Under the pieces are notes generated by a model that saw only the letters and a list, made by a program, of their open reading frames with translations, was not told where the DNA came from and ran no database searches. A DNA stretch of 63,838 bases, counting the filler, from a bacterium (GTDB taxonomy: Bacteria > UBA9089 > CG2-30-40-21 > SBAY01), in assembly GCA_040757115.1 (NCBI GenBank). It is 15 parts of 15 records of this genome, joined end to end, with 100 filler letters (N's around TTAATTAATTAA, not from the genome) between each part and the next. Parts side by side here need not be neighbours in the genome. Positions count along the whole stretch, not along the records: positions 8,811 to 11,620 come from JBFLYA010000366.1; positions 11,721 to 14,529 come from JBFLYA010000367.1; positions 14,630 to 17,416 come from JBFLYA010000368.1; positions 17,517 to 42,299 come from JBFLYA010000037.1; 11 more parts are not named here. One strand, 5' to 3'. This document shows positions 10,707 to 20,387 of this stretch, one piece after another. The stretch's first letter is position 1; each line of letters begins with the position of its first letter. Both the position numbers and the translations under genes were made by a program.

Positions 10707-11477
10707 TTATCCCTCAAACATTTCCTGTATTTTGTTCAAATATCCTCTTAATCGCAATATTGCTTTGCTATGTAATTGACATATCCTTGATTCTGTAACG
10801 CCCAACACTTTTCCAATCTCTTTCAATGTTAAATCATCATAATAATATAAAACAACAATTTCCTTTTCTCGCACCGGAAGATTATTGATAGCCTGAATAA
10901 GAAGTCTTTTCAATTCTTCTTGTTCTAATTTTGCATCAGGTCCTTGTTCAGGAGGGGTTTTAATCGTATCGATTACTTCTATTTTCTCTTCATCATCTAA
11001 ACGCCAGATATCATCTAAGGAAATCAATGATATGCCACTCATCTGTAAGAGTAATTGGGAGAGTTCTTCTTCAGTTATCCCCAGGGCAGATGCTACTTCC
11101 TGGTCTGTAGCCGGGCGACCTAATTTATACTCTAACTCCCCATAGATTTTCTCAATCTGTTTAGCCTTTTGTCGTAATGACCTTGGGACCCAATCTAAAA
11201 TCCTTAGTTCATCAATTATTGTGCCTTTTATTCGAGTAATGGCATAAGTTTTGAATGTAGTTCCTATTGTCGGGTTATATTTTTCAATGGCATCGATTAA
11301 TCCTAAAATCCCATAACTCACTAAATCATCATATTCCACCTGTGGTGGTGTGCTCATCGCGATTTTACCGGCAATATATTTCACCGTCCCGGCATATTTA
11401 AGGATTAATTCTTCCCTTATCTTAGGATTGTTAGTGCGTTTATATTCTTTCCATAGTTCTTCTTCTGTTTTTGCCAT
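10707..11477 (-). CDS. fliA: RNA polymerase sigma-28 factor FliA/WhiG
   Basis: DLVSYGILGLIDAIEKY, DELRILDWVPRSLR, TLKEIGKVLGVTESRICQLH. Confidence 0.93.
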   Translation of the reverse strand: MAKTEEELWKEYKRTNNPKIREELILKYAGTVKYIAGKIAMSTPPQVEYDDLVSYGILGLIDAIEKYNPTIGTTFKTYAITRIKGTIIDELRILDWVPRSLRQKAKQIEKIYGELEYKLGRPATDQEVASALGITEEELSQLLLQMSGISLISLDDIWRLDDEEKIEVIDTIKTPPEQGPDAKLEQEELKRLLIQAINNLPVREKEIVVLYYYDDLTLKEIGKVLGVTESRICQLHSKAILRLRGYLNKIQEMFEG

Positions 11478-11494
11478 ATTTTTTACTCCTTAAT

Positions 11495-11620
11495 GTAACT
11501 ATTCACCACGAAGAGCACGAAGGGCAGGGAGATGTTACAGAACAAATCTCTTTATGCCTTCTTCCAATCTTTCCACATTGAAATTTATCAATAGACCAAC
11601 CTTGATATTTGCCAATTTCA
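11495..11620 (-). pseudogene. MITE end plus GxxExxY C-terminal fragment
   Basis: GTAACTATTCACCACGAAG end; reverse strand reads [20 protein letters not shown]. Confidence 0.75.
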
Positions 11621-12112
11621 NNNNNNNNNNNNNNNNNNNNNNNNNNNNNNNNNNNNNNNNNNNNTTAATTAATTAANNNNNNNNNNNNNNNNNNNNNNNN
11701 NNNNNNNNNNNNNNNNNNNNTGGAATTTGGAATTTATTTGGAATTTGGTGCTTGGAATTTGGAATTTCTATCTAATCTGTCCACTAAAAGATGTGGGTAA
11801 TGATTAGGCCAAGGGAGGACATCAATTGAGTAGCGACAGAGCACTAGGCTACTCAGGAAAAGTCGCTGACGAAAAATGGAGGTAATCGTTCAGTCCTTAC
11901 TTGATTAGATGAGGGAGGGTGCGGGTTGGTCAGCACGATAGTTTTGCACAGCCTTCAACAGCAATTCTCGGTGAATTTTTAGAGACTGAATTCACCTATG
12001 TTGAGGAGAGATAGAGAAAAAAATTTTTCGTAAAGATTTTGAGAGGAAAATAAGGAATAATGAGTCTCTATCTAATTTTTCACCGAGAATTTCTGAGCCT
12101 TCAAAAAAATGC

Positions 12113-12141
12113 TTGACAAAAGAGCTGGTTCTAATTAAAAT
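12113..12141 (+). promoter_or_regulatory. Sigma-70 promoter directly abutting the MITE
   Basis: TTGACA-17-TAAAAT. Confidence 0.6.
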
Positions 12142-12409
12142 GTAACTATTCACCACGAAGGGCACGGAGAGCACGAAGTGAAATTTGATGAATTATCGAA
12201 TAGAGTCATTGGATGCGCTATAGCGGTGCATCGAACTCTTGGGCCAGGTTTGCTTGAATCCACTTACGAACAATGCTTGGATAGAGAGATGGATCTATTA
12301 GGGATATCATTCAAACTACAGTTTCCTTTGTCTGTTGAGTATAAAGGCATAAAGAGGTTTGTTCTGTAACATCTTCGTGCTCTTCGTGCTCTTCGTGGTG
12401 AATAGTTAC
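12142..12409 (+). mobile_element. MITE with 19-bp perfect terminal inverted repeats containing an internally deleted GxxExxY ORF (12178-12369)
   Basis: GTAACTATTCACCACGAAG / CTTCGTGGTGAATAGTTAC; ORF has GLLESTY motif fused directly to the C-terminal GIKRFVL. Confidence 0.88.
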
Positions 12410-12648
12410 GGCAAATTTGCAAATTCTCTGAAAAACTTAAAACTAAAAGCGTAAAACCAAAAACCGTTGATAGTTGATAGTTAATAGTTTATAGTTTATA
12501 GTTGAAGGACTATAAACCATAAACTATAAACGAGTTTTGCATTTTGCTTTTTGGAGGAAATAGAGGTTTTAAATACCCGCTTAAAAACTACAGTTTCCTG
12601 GTTTTGCAGAACTCTATAATCCACCTAAAGAAAGGAGAAGAAGCTTTT

Positions 12649-14121
12649 ATGGAAAGACCAGACGAGATTAAAAAATTAAGTAAAAAGATAGTAGAGTTAG
12701 AGAGAACAAATGCGGATTTAAAAAGAAATAATCAGGCAAAGTCTGAATTTGTTTCCATCGCATCTCATGAATTACGCACCCCACTTACCGTTATTAAAGG
12801 ATATATTTCTTTACTTAAGCAGGAAGATATAGGTAATAATCCTGAAAAACGCCTGGATTTCCTTCATCGCATGGATGTTCAAACCAATCATATGATAAAA
12901 TTAGTTAATAATCTTCTCAATGTATCCCGAATAGAAAGGGGTTGGTTTGGAATTTATCGAGATGTAATAGATATAGCTGTATTGGTAAAATCTGTGGTTG
13001 ACAATCTAATCTCAACTACATCCATTCATCAATTCAGAATAAACTTTCCCTCAGATTTTCCTGTGATTATAGGAGATAAAGATAGATTAGAGGAAGTACT
13101 TACTAACTTGATTGATAATGGAATTAGATATTCACCACAAGGTGGTGAGATTATAATTGAAGGAATGGTAGAAGAAGATGAGGTGAAAATAATCGTTCAA
13201 GACCAGGGGATGGGTATTTCAGATGAATATTTACCTCATCTCTTTGAAAAATTCCAAAGAGTAGAACCACATCTTGTCAAAGGGACAGGTTTAGGACTGG
13301 CAATTAGTAAAGGGATTGTAGAAGCCCATGGTGGTAAAATATGGGTAGAAAGTGCCATCGGTAGAGGCAGTAAGTTTATCTTTACCCTGCCAATAAAACT
13401 AACATTAGCCGAAGAATTAGAAAATGTAAAATTTATTGAGATACTTAAAGAAGCCGAGCGTATATCTATGAGTGATATTAAAAAGGCAGTAGATTTTCTA
13501 TCCAAACAAGGTGAACTCGTATCAAAAATGAAAAATGTAAAAATCTCTGATTTGTTAAATAACTCACTGGGACCATTCAAAACATTGTTAATGGCGATAG
13601 ATGCTAAAACCCCTTACACATTAGACCATTCTATGAAGGTAACTGAATATGCGATGATGATTGCAGATGAATTAGAGATGTCACTTACAGAAAAGCGAAA
13701 TTTGCGATTATCGGCTCTATTACATGATATAGGCAGGGTAGAAGTTCCTGAGGAAATTCTTTGTAAACAAAGCAAATTAACAGAGGATGAACTTAAAAGA
13801 ATACAGGAACATCCATTAGCAGGAGTCCGAATTCTGGCTCCATTACGGGGATTAGAATGGGTGATTGGAGGTGTCCTTCATCATCATGAACGATTTGATG
13901 GCACTGGCTATCCAGATAAATTGAGGGGTGAAGCGATTCCCCTATTCGCTCGAATTATAGGGATAGCTGATGCCTATAGTGCTATGATTTCCCGCAGACC
14001 TTACCGTAAAGAACTAAGTAAAGAAGAGGCGTTATCTGAAATCAAAAGAAATGAAGGGCAACAGTTTGACCCATATATTGCTGAAGTGTTTTTAAAAATT
14101 ATGCAGATAAATAAAAAATAA
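12649..14121 (+). CDS. Cytoplasmic histidine kinase (HisKA-HATPase) fused to a C-terminal HD-GYP phosphodiesterase
   Basis: SHELRTPLT, NLIDNGIRYS, GTGLGL; then LLHDIG and HHHERFDGTGYP. Start chosen after AAGGAG. Confidence 0.88.
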   Translation: MERPDEIKKLSKKIVELERTNADLKRNNQAKSEFVSIASHELRTPLTVIKGYISLLKQEDIGNNPEKRLDFLHRMDVQTNHMIKLVNNLLNVSRIERGWFGIYRDVIDIAVLVKSVVDNLISTTSIHQFRINFPSDFPVIIGDKDRLEEVLTNLIDNGIRYSPQGGEIIIEGMVEEDEVKIIVQDQGMGISDEYLPHLFEKFQRVEPHLVKGTGLGLAISKGIVEAHGGKIWVESAIGRGSKFIFTLPIKLTLAEELENVKFIEILKEAERISMSDIKKAVDFLSKQGELVSKMKNVKISDLLNNSLGPFKTLLMAIDAKTPYTLDHSMKVTEYAMMIADELEMSLTEKRNLRLSALLHDIGRVEVPEEILCKQSKLTEDELKRIQEHPLAGVRILAPLRGLEWVIGGVLHHHERFDGTGYPDKLRGEAIPLFARIIGIADAYSAMISRRPYRKELSKEEALSEIKRNEGQQFDPYIAEVFLKIMQINKK

Positions 14122-14404
14122 CCACGCTCTTCTCCTGAAAATAAGGAAGTAGAAAGTAGAGAGTAGAAAGTAGAAAGTAAAGAAAACATCACTCCTTAAG
14201 CCTATCTCCTTACCTCCCACCTTCTATCTCCTACCTACTATTTTCATCCTCATTTGTGAACCCACGGTTCATGAGCGTTTCCCCTGAAAATAATCCGCAG
14301 ATTTCGCAGAGGACACAGATTTTTATTTTTTTATCTCCCCACTGGCGGGAGATTAAGAGGTTAGGGGATTCTTTTATTCCCGAATCCCGAGCTCCGAGTT
14401 CCTT

Positions 14405-14529
14405 AATTTTCATCGTCCTCGTATAATATATATTGTTGGTCATTTTGAATGCCACAATCTTAATTCCTTATTAAATCCCCCACGATTGGGGGTTGGGGGT
14501 TGAAAATAAAATTAAAAAATTAATTATTA
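14405..14529. repeat. Dispersed repeat, reverse complement of ~48110-48233
   Basis: Near-identical sequence at both contig ends. Confidence 0.8.
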
Positions 14530-14629
14530 NNNNNNNNNNNNNNNNNNNNNNNNNNNNNNNNNNNNNNNNNNNNTTAATTAATTAANNNNNNNNNNNNNNN
14601 NNNNNNNNNNNNNNNNNNNNNNNNNNNNN

Positions 14630-14751
14630 TTCCACAATCAATTTCTACCTATTTCTATAAATTTCAATCTATTTCTATTATCTTATCTCCATATCACTCT
14701 TATCTCCTTATCCCCTTTCTTACACTTTTGATATATAGCCTGAACGGTTAC
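14630..14751 (+). mobile_element. End of high-copy ~240-bp MITE
   Basis: Ends CTGAACGGTTAC; same as 50809-50934 and reverse complement of 63784-63838. Confidence 0.8.
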
Positions 14752-14871
14752 AATTTCCATTGCACAGGTAGCTTTTTTTTCACTCTCATCCTCATATCTC
14801 TTATCAACAGAACTTCACGCATTTGTAGTATATCCATCTAAAGCAAAATAACTCCCAGTTATTATCTTTGG

Positions 14872-15288
14872 TTAAAGTAAATTACCAACTGATGTTATAA
14901 ACTCATCAAAATCCTTTAGGTCATATTTTGTATATCCTAAAATATTTCTGTCTTCAATCTCCAAATAACGGTGAATGAGTTTGTTTCTAAATTTTACCAT
15001 TTTCCTTAATCTTAAAACTAAATCTTCGTTTAAAACTCCTTCTTTCCCTAATATTTCAAAACATTCCCCAAAAGCCGAAATCCCTTTATTGAATCTTTTG
15101 GCGGCAATATGAACACAAATTCCACCTACAGCTTCAATGGCTTGTAATAAATAATATTTTACCGCAGCCATATTCTCTTTTTTAGACCAAAATTCTTTTT
15201 CGTCTACAGAAGTAAGTCGTTGTATTTCTTTTAAAGCTTCCCTAATCTCTGAAACCCTTTGTTTAATCTTTTCTTTGTCTATTTCCAT
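14872..15288 (-). CDS. HEPN (DUF86/HepT-like) toxin
   Basis: RNKLIHRY (R-X4-H-X-Y) motif; follows an MNT gene. Confidence 0.88.
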   Translation of the reverse strand: MEIDKEKIKQRVSEIREALKEIQRLTSVDEKEFWSKKENMAAVKYYLLQAIEAVGGICVHIAAKRFNKGISAFGECFEILGKEGVLNEDLVLRLRKMVKFRNKLIHRYLEIEDRNILGYTKYDLKDFDEFITSVGNLL

Positions 15289-15293
15289 AAGGA

Positions 15294-15722
15294 TTAACCC
15301 GCCACTAATTCTTTTAAAGATTGGTAAGCAATATATTCATTAGCCAGAGCATCTAAAGATGTGTTTTCTATCATCTCGGTGAGTAATTGATAATTTTTGC
15401 AAAAAAGCAATTGTCCACGATTGAAAATATTATTTAAAAAATAACCTGGTGCAAAGTTCAAGACCTTTATCTCAATAATATCAAACAGCAAGTTAGAGTC
15501 TTTAGCTACTATTTCGGAAAGTTCCAATTCAGAATTAAAGATGTCCCCTTTCTCTATATTGTCAAGATAAATACCAATATCAATATCTCTAAAAGATGGT
15601 CCATCTAAAAAAGAACCAAAAATAAAGGCAAAAACAATCTCATTTTTATTCAGGAGGGATTGTTTAATCTTCTCTATAATCTTTTGCCTTTGATTCTGTT
15701 TAAAAGATAAATATTCATTCAT
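15294..15722 (-). CDS. Minimal nucleotidyltransferase (MntA-like) antitoxin
   Basis: FIFGSF...RDIDIGI motif; paired with HEPN; TTGACA-17-TAAAAT promoter upstream near 15835. Confidence 0.88.
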   Translation of the reverse strand: MNEYLSFKQNQRQKIIEKIKQSLLNKNEIVFAFIFGSFLDGPSFRDIDIGIYLDNIEKGDIFNSELELSEIVAKDSNLLFDIIEIKVLNFAPGYFLNNIFNRGQLLFCKNYQLLTEMIENTSLDALANEYIAYQSLKELVAG

Positions 15723-15897
15723 AATTTGATGCCTCTTCCTTGACTGATAGGAATTTGCTTTTTGGGTCTTTTGGATTGTTTATTCATTTTTGCACCTTCT
15801 GAGGGTATTTTAGCAAAAATTTTAGCATATGTCAATAAAAAAATTCGACCTGTGAAATAGGTTTTAAGAGAGCGTTGCGTAGGACATAAAGTTATAT

Positions 15898-17292
15898 CTA
15901 TGGTCCCAGGCATTGTGTTACCTCATTTCTTGCCATCTTTTTGTATTTCTTGACATTTTGGAGTCCCAAAAGACAACCCAGAGGGTCATTAACCAGTCGA
16001 TAAAAGGGCATATCTTTAACTTCTGGCATAATTATCTCGAGTGGAGCCTTCCCGCTACCTGGTTGTTGCAAAAACAGATACATTACCAGAAAACACAAAA
16101 GCTCTCTCTTGGCACTCCCTACTGAAAAAAACCCACATCTTTTCTTGTAGAATTGGTTGAAATCCCTAAAAAATCGCTCTATGACATTATTTGTCTTAGG
16201 AAACTTCTTACTCCCTATAGCAGGCAAAAACTTCGGCAATATCTTTTCCGTGTTCTCTATCCAGCCTTGAATACCTAATTCCTTTCCATTCTCCTTCAGT
16301 CTTCCAAATCTCCTCTTTGCTGTCCGTTTATCATTAGTTTGCAATACCTTCTTTAGTTCCTTCTTCCGCTCTTTGAGGACTTCTTTATCCTTTTCTCCTC
16401 CACCATTATCAAATTGTTTCTTAACCCATCGACTCGTAGCTTCCTGATGATGAAAATGGCATAACAAATGCTTTATACATTTCCCTAACGCTTCTCTGAT
16501 ATATTCGTATCCCCCCATCCCATCCGTAATAAATACCCTGGGTATTTATCCCAACATCTTCAGTTGAGCCCCTATCCACCAACATGCCCATTTCCCTCTC
16601 GACTCCAAAAGTGATGTCAGTATTGGTAACCCTGTCTTCGCCTCTAATACTACAAACCAATAATACCATTTCCCTTGTATCTTTAGCCACTTCTCTTCTA
16701 TATACACCATGGTTGCCTTTACCTGCTTCTTTATCCACACAGACACTATTGGCCAAATCTCCAAACCTAATCCAACTATCCACCGTCCTACCGTAGTCTT
16801 ATCTACATAACACCATTTCCCCAACACAGACCCTGAAACACCATGATGATACAGTGCCCACAGAAAAGAGACCATCTGAAGTGGCTTATTGATAGAAGAT
16901 AGTGGAACTCCCGGAGTTAATAAGCTCCGTATGGCAGTCGGGTCTAAAATTGTTCTCTCCTTCATCTCAGGAACCACTATACCTGCTTGTTTCACTCTCT
17001 CTGAACTAAAACTCCCCATCATCTCCAAAAGCAGATATTCCTCTCGGTAATGTGCCTTCCCTTTGGATAGCCGTTGTCGTAGGACACCTCGTAAATCACT
17101 ATACGGTATTTGACTTAAGGCTGTTTGAATATTCCATTCTCTTATATCCTCTCGACCAAGACGCCTTTTTTTACTAACTCACATAATTCATTCACTTCAG
17201 CTAAAGGTTCCTTCCTTAACTCTAATAATACTGCTTCCACTACCTCTTTATCTACTTTCCGCTGACGGGTCAAAAACGCAAGCATATCCTCT
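15898..17292 (-). pseudogene. Frameshifted DDE transposase (IS6-like catalytic region)
   Basis: VYIEEKWLKIQGKWYYWFVVLE and TNNVIERFFR motifs split over several frames. Confidence 0.75.
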
Positions 17293-17416
17293 TGTCAATG
17301 GCAATTGAAAACTGAGCCATTTTTGGCAATTGAAAATTGACCCAGGGGGCTCCAATAATCCATCAAATTTGGCAATGAAAATTGACCCACCCCCCAACGC
17401 ATTTGTGTTACGAAAT
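17293..17416. mobile_element. IS21-family terminus truncating the transposase
   Basis: Starts TGTCAAT; reiterated GGCAATTGAAAACTGAGCCA / GGCAATTGAAAATTGACCCA / GGCAATGAAAATTGACCCA motifs typical of IS21 ends. Confidence 0.7.
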
Positions 17417-17714
17417 NNNNNNNNNNNNNNNNNNNNNNNNNNNNNNNNNNNNNNNNNNNNTTAATTAATTAANNNNNNNNNNNNNNNNNNNNNNNNNNNN
17501 NNNNNNNNNNNNNNNNTGTTAATTTACAAGTATTTTTGCATTTTGCATTGTAATTTTGATATTTGCATTTTGATATTTACATTAAAGTTCTTCTTGCTAT
17601 CGCTCTCCCCAAAAGAGGAACCTATTTATGAAAAAGCAATAAGATTCGCACTACATTTATGGGATGTCAGAGGTTAATTCGTGTGCCTCTGTGCCTGACG
17701 GTTACAAATTTTGA

Positions 17715-17743
17715 TTGACATATTGGTTAAAATTTGATAAAAT
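17715..17743 (+). promoter_or_regulatory. Sigma-70 promoter of aroC
   Basis: TTGACA-17-TAAAAT. Confidence 0.7.
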
Positions 17744-17810
17744 GTAGCTAGAGAAAGATAGTGGGTCAGACCTCGAAAGGCCCTCCAGGTCGAAATATTT
17801 TGAGGATAAA

Positions 17811-18974
17811 ATGCTACAATATTTAACTGCTGGTGAATCACACGGGAAAAGTTTACTCGTAATTATTGAAGGGATACCGGCTAATCTAAAGATAAATATC
17901 GATGAAATTAATGACCAACTAAGAGAAAGACAGGTGGGATTTGGCCGCGGGGAGAGAATGCTGATAGAAAAAGACTATGTGGAAGTTCTGTCCGGAATAA
18001 GGCATAATCTTACACTGGGTAGCCCAATTACTCTGATTATTCCAAATAAAGATTGGGAAAATTGGGAAAAGGTAATGAGTCCTACGATGGAATCTGAGTT
18101 TGAGTTTGAAGAAACGGCTATTTCACCGCGACCAGGACATGCAGATTTAGCCGGAGCGATAAAATATGGACACAAAGACCTGCGGAATGTCTTAGAAAGA
18201 GCCAGTGCCCGCGAAACTGCGGCCAGGGTTGCCGTAGCCGCTATTGCCAAAACACTTCTGCGTGAATTTAATATCCAGTTACTCAGCTATGTCCTTCAAA
18301 TAGGAGATATCCAGGCAAAACTTGAGGAAAAAAATTTTGAGGTGCTCAAAGAAAGAGTTTTAATCTCACTTTTACGATGTGCGGATAAAGAGGCAGAAAC
18401 AGAGATGATTAAATTGATTGAGGAGGCAAAAAAAGAAGGTGATACTGTCGGCGGAGTATTTGAAGTTATGGCGATTGGTGTTCCAATTGGTTTAGGGAGT
18501 TATTCACAATGGGATAAACGGCTTGATGCCCGATTAGCCTGTGCCGTGATGAGTATTCCTGCAATTAAAGGCATAGAAATAGGATTAGGGTTTGAATGTG
18601 CGAAAACACCTGGCTCAAAGGTTCATGATGAAATATTTTACAGCAAAACCAGAGGTTTTTTCAGAAAGACAAATCATGCGGGTGGATTAGAAGGTGGTGT
18701 AACCAATGGCCAACCGATTGTTTTACGGGCAGTGATGAAGCCTATTCCAACTTTAAGAAAACCACTTGCCTCAGTTAATTTCCAAACCAAAGAACCAACT
18801 ATAGCAAGTTATGAACGCTCAGATGTCTGTGCTGTGCCTTCTGCGTCTGTAGTTGGAGAATCTGTTGTGGCTATTGAATTATGTAAAGCCATGCAAGAAA
18901 AATTCGGCGGCGATAGCTTGGATGAAATGAAAAAAAATTACCATAATTACATAGAATATGTTAAAAAAGTATAA
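17811..18974 (+). CDS. aroC: Chorismate synthase
   Basis: TAGESHG, RPGHAD, ERASARETAARVA, MKPIPT. Confidence 0.97.
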   Translation: MLQYLTAGESHGKSLLVIIEGIPANLKINIDEINDQLRERQVGFGRGERMLIEKDYVEVLSGIRHNLTLGSPITLIIPNKDWENWEKVMSPTMESEFEFEETAISPRPGHADLAGAIKYGHKDLRNVLERASARETAARVAVAAIAKTLLREFNIQLLSYVLQIGDIQAKLEEKNFEVLKERVLISLLRCADKEAETEMIKLIEEAKKEGDTVGGVFEVMAIGVPIGLGSYSQWDKRLDARLACAVMSIPAIKGIEIGLGFECAKTPGSKVHDEIFYSKTRGFFRKTNHAGGLEGGVTNGQPIVLRAVMKPIPTLRKPLASVNFQTKEPTIASYERSDVCAVPSASVVGESVVAIELCKAMQEKFGGDSLDEMKKNYHNYIEYVKKV

Positions 18975-18987
18975 ATAAAACTTTTTC

Positions 18988-19016
18988 TTGACAGAAAAGG
19001 AGATTTACGATAAAAT
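18988..19016 (+). promoter_or_regulatory. Sigma-70 promoter of the rpmH operon
   Basis: TTGACA-17-TAAAAT. Confidence 0.7.
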
Positions 19017-19051
19017 ATTATGTAGGTGTTTAATACGAATTTTGCAAAGAG

Positions 19052-19296
19052 GTAACTGTTCACCGCAGAGACACAGAGACGCAGAGAAAAAAATTAAAAT
19101 CTATGGACGAGACGCTTAACATCCCTGATTTTCATCAGGGATGGATTAACAAATCTGGCTTGCCTGCTAAACATTCGGCAAGCAGGTCAGAAGTATTTCC
19201 ATGTCTGCATCAATAATCTTTTATGTGAGCTAATTTATTTCTATATCTTCTCTGTTCCTCTGCGTCTCTGCGGTAAAGGACTACCTGAACGGTTAC
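19052..19296 (-). mobile_element. MITE, inverted relative of 2352-2628, in the rpmH 5' region
   Basis: GTAACTGTTCA...TGAACGGTTAC; 8-bp direct repeat GCAAAGAG on both flanks. Confidence 0.88.
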
Positions 19297-19316
19297 GCAA
19301 AGAGAGGAGATTTTTG

Positions 19317-19451
19317 ATGAAAAGAACTTTTCAGCCTTCTAATCGAAAAAAGGCAAGAACACATGGATTTAGGGAAAGAATGAGCACTGTGGGTGGAAGA
19401 AAGGTTTTAAAAAGAAGACGAGCTAAAGACCGCACCAGATTAACTCCATAA
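19317..19451 (+). CDS. rpmH: 50S ribosomal protein L34 (not in ORF track)
   Basis: Manual translation [44 protein letters not shown]. Confidence 0.97.
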   Translation: MKRTFQPSNRKKARTHGFRERMSTVGGRKVLKRRRAKDRTRLTP

Positions 19452-19455
19452 GGCT

Positions 19456-19833
19456 ATGGATTATAAATTTACTAAAAAAGAACGACTACTGCAAACTAAG
19501 GATTTTCAAAATGTCTATACCAGCGGAAAAAGGTATCATAGTAAAAACTTGATTCTATTTGTCATGCCCACTTCTAACTCTCTAACAAGAATAGGTTTTT
19601 CTATTAGTCGCAAGAAAATTGGTAAGGCAGTTAAAAGAAATCGTATTAAAAGATTATTACGAGAGGCATATCGATTAAACAAAAATAGCTTGATTGGTGG
19701 AGTTGACCTGGTTGTTGTGCTAAAAAACGAATCTGTTGAATTACTTAATTTTAAAGATGTAGAAAGGGAACTGTTAAGTTTATTCAAAAGGGCAGGATTG
19801 GATGATAAGAAAAAGCATACTTTTATTAATTAA
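19456..19833 (+). CDS. rnpA: Ribonuclease P protein component
   Basis: [26 protein letters not shown]. Confidence 0.95.
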   Translation: MDYKFTKKERLLQTKDFQNVYTSGKRYHSKNLILFVMPTSNSLTRIGFSISRKKIGKAVKRNRIKRLLREAYRLNKNSLIGGVDLVVVLKNESVELLNFKDVERELLSLFKRAGLDDKKKHTFIN

Positions 19834-20011
19834 GATATATCAACAATATATATCTATCCTCTTTCTTCCTACCTGTAGATTTTTCCCAAGTTGCTCTCAT
19901 TATACTTATGAGGCAATTACCAGGTATGGAGTGATGAAAGGGTTATGGCGGGCTGGTTTGAGACTTTTGAAATGTCACCCTTTTCATCCTGGGGGCTACG
20001 ACCCTGCCTGA
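19802..20011 (+). CDS. yidD: Membrane protein insertion efficiency factor
   Basis: [10 protein letters not shown]...[12 protein letters not shown]. Confidence 0.95.
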   Translation: MIRKSILLLIKIYQQYISILFLPTCRFFPSCSHYTYEAITRYGVMKGLWRAGLRLLKCHPFHPGGYDPA

Positions 20012-20387
20012 AGAATTGGTAACTGGTAACCATTTAAGTATACTCTGCAAGGTAACAATTTGTGATTCTTTGGTAAGCAATTTTCGTAAAAATTAACTCA
20101 AAAGTTAAATGTCAAAACTCAAAACTGAAACTCAAAACCTTAAAACTGATTCAATGCCATTCTGAATTGAAGTTAAAGAATCTAAGATTCCTGGAAAGCC
20201 TGCGAAAATCCACAAGAAAAATAGTTTTGAGATTTGAGTTGTAGCTTTGAGTTTTGCGTTTTGAGATTTGAGTTAATTAATCACAATTTATAGCGATATA
20301 AACTATAATTACCATTCACCAATTACCAGTTACCAGTTACCAATTACCAGTTACCAATTACCAAATTAAAGGGAGATAATATCTTAA

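Noticed and set aside
12134-12417. Target-site duplication for this MITE (and for 40350-40615)
   Set aside because: Flanks do not match (ATTAAAAT vs GGCAAATT), so no duplication is claimed for these copies.
18975-19316. Possible oriC upstream of rpmH
   Set aside because: No DnaA-box cluster and no dnaA; the space is explained by a promoter and a MITE.
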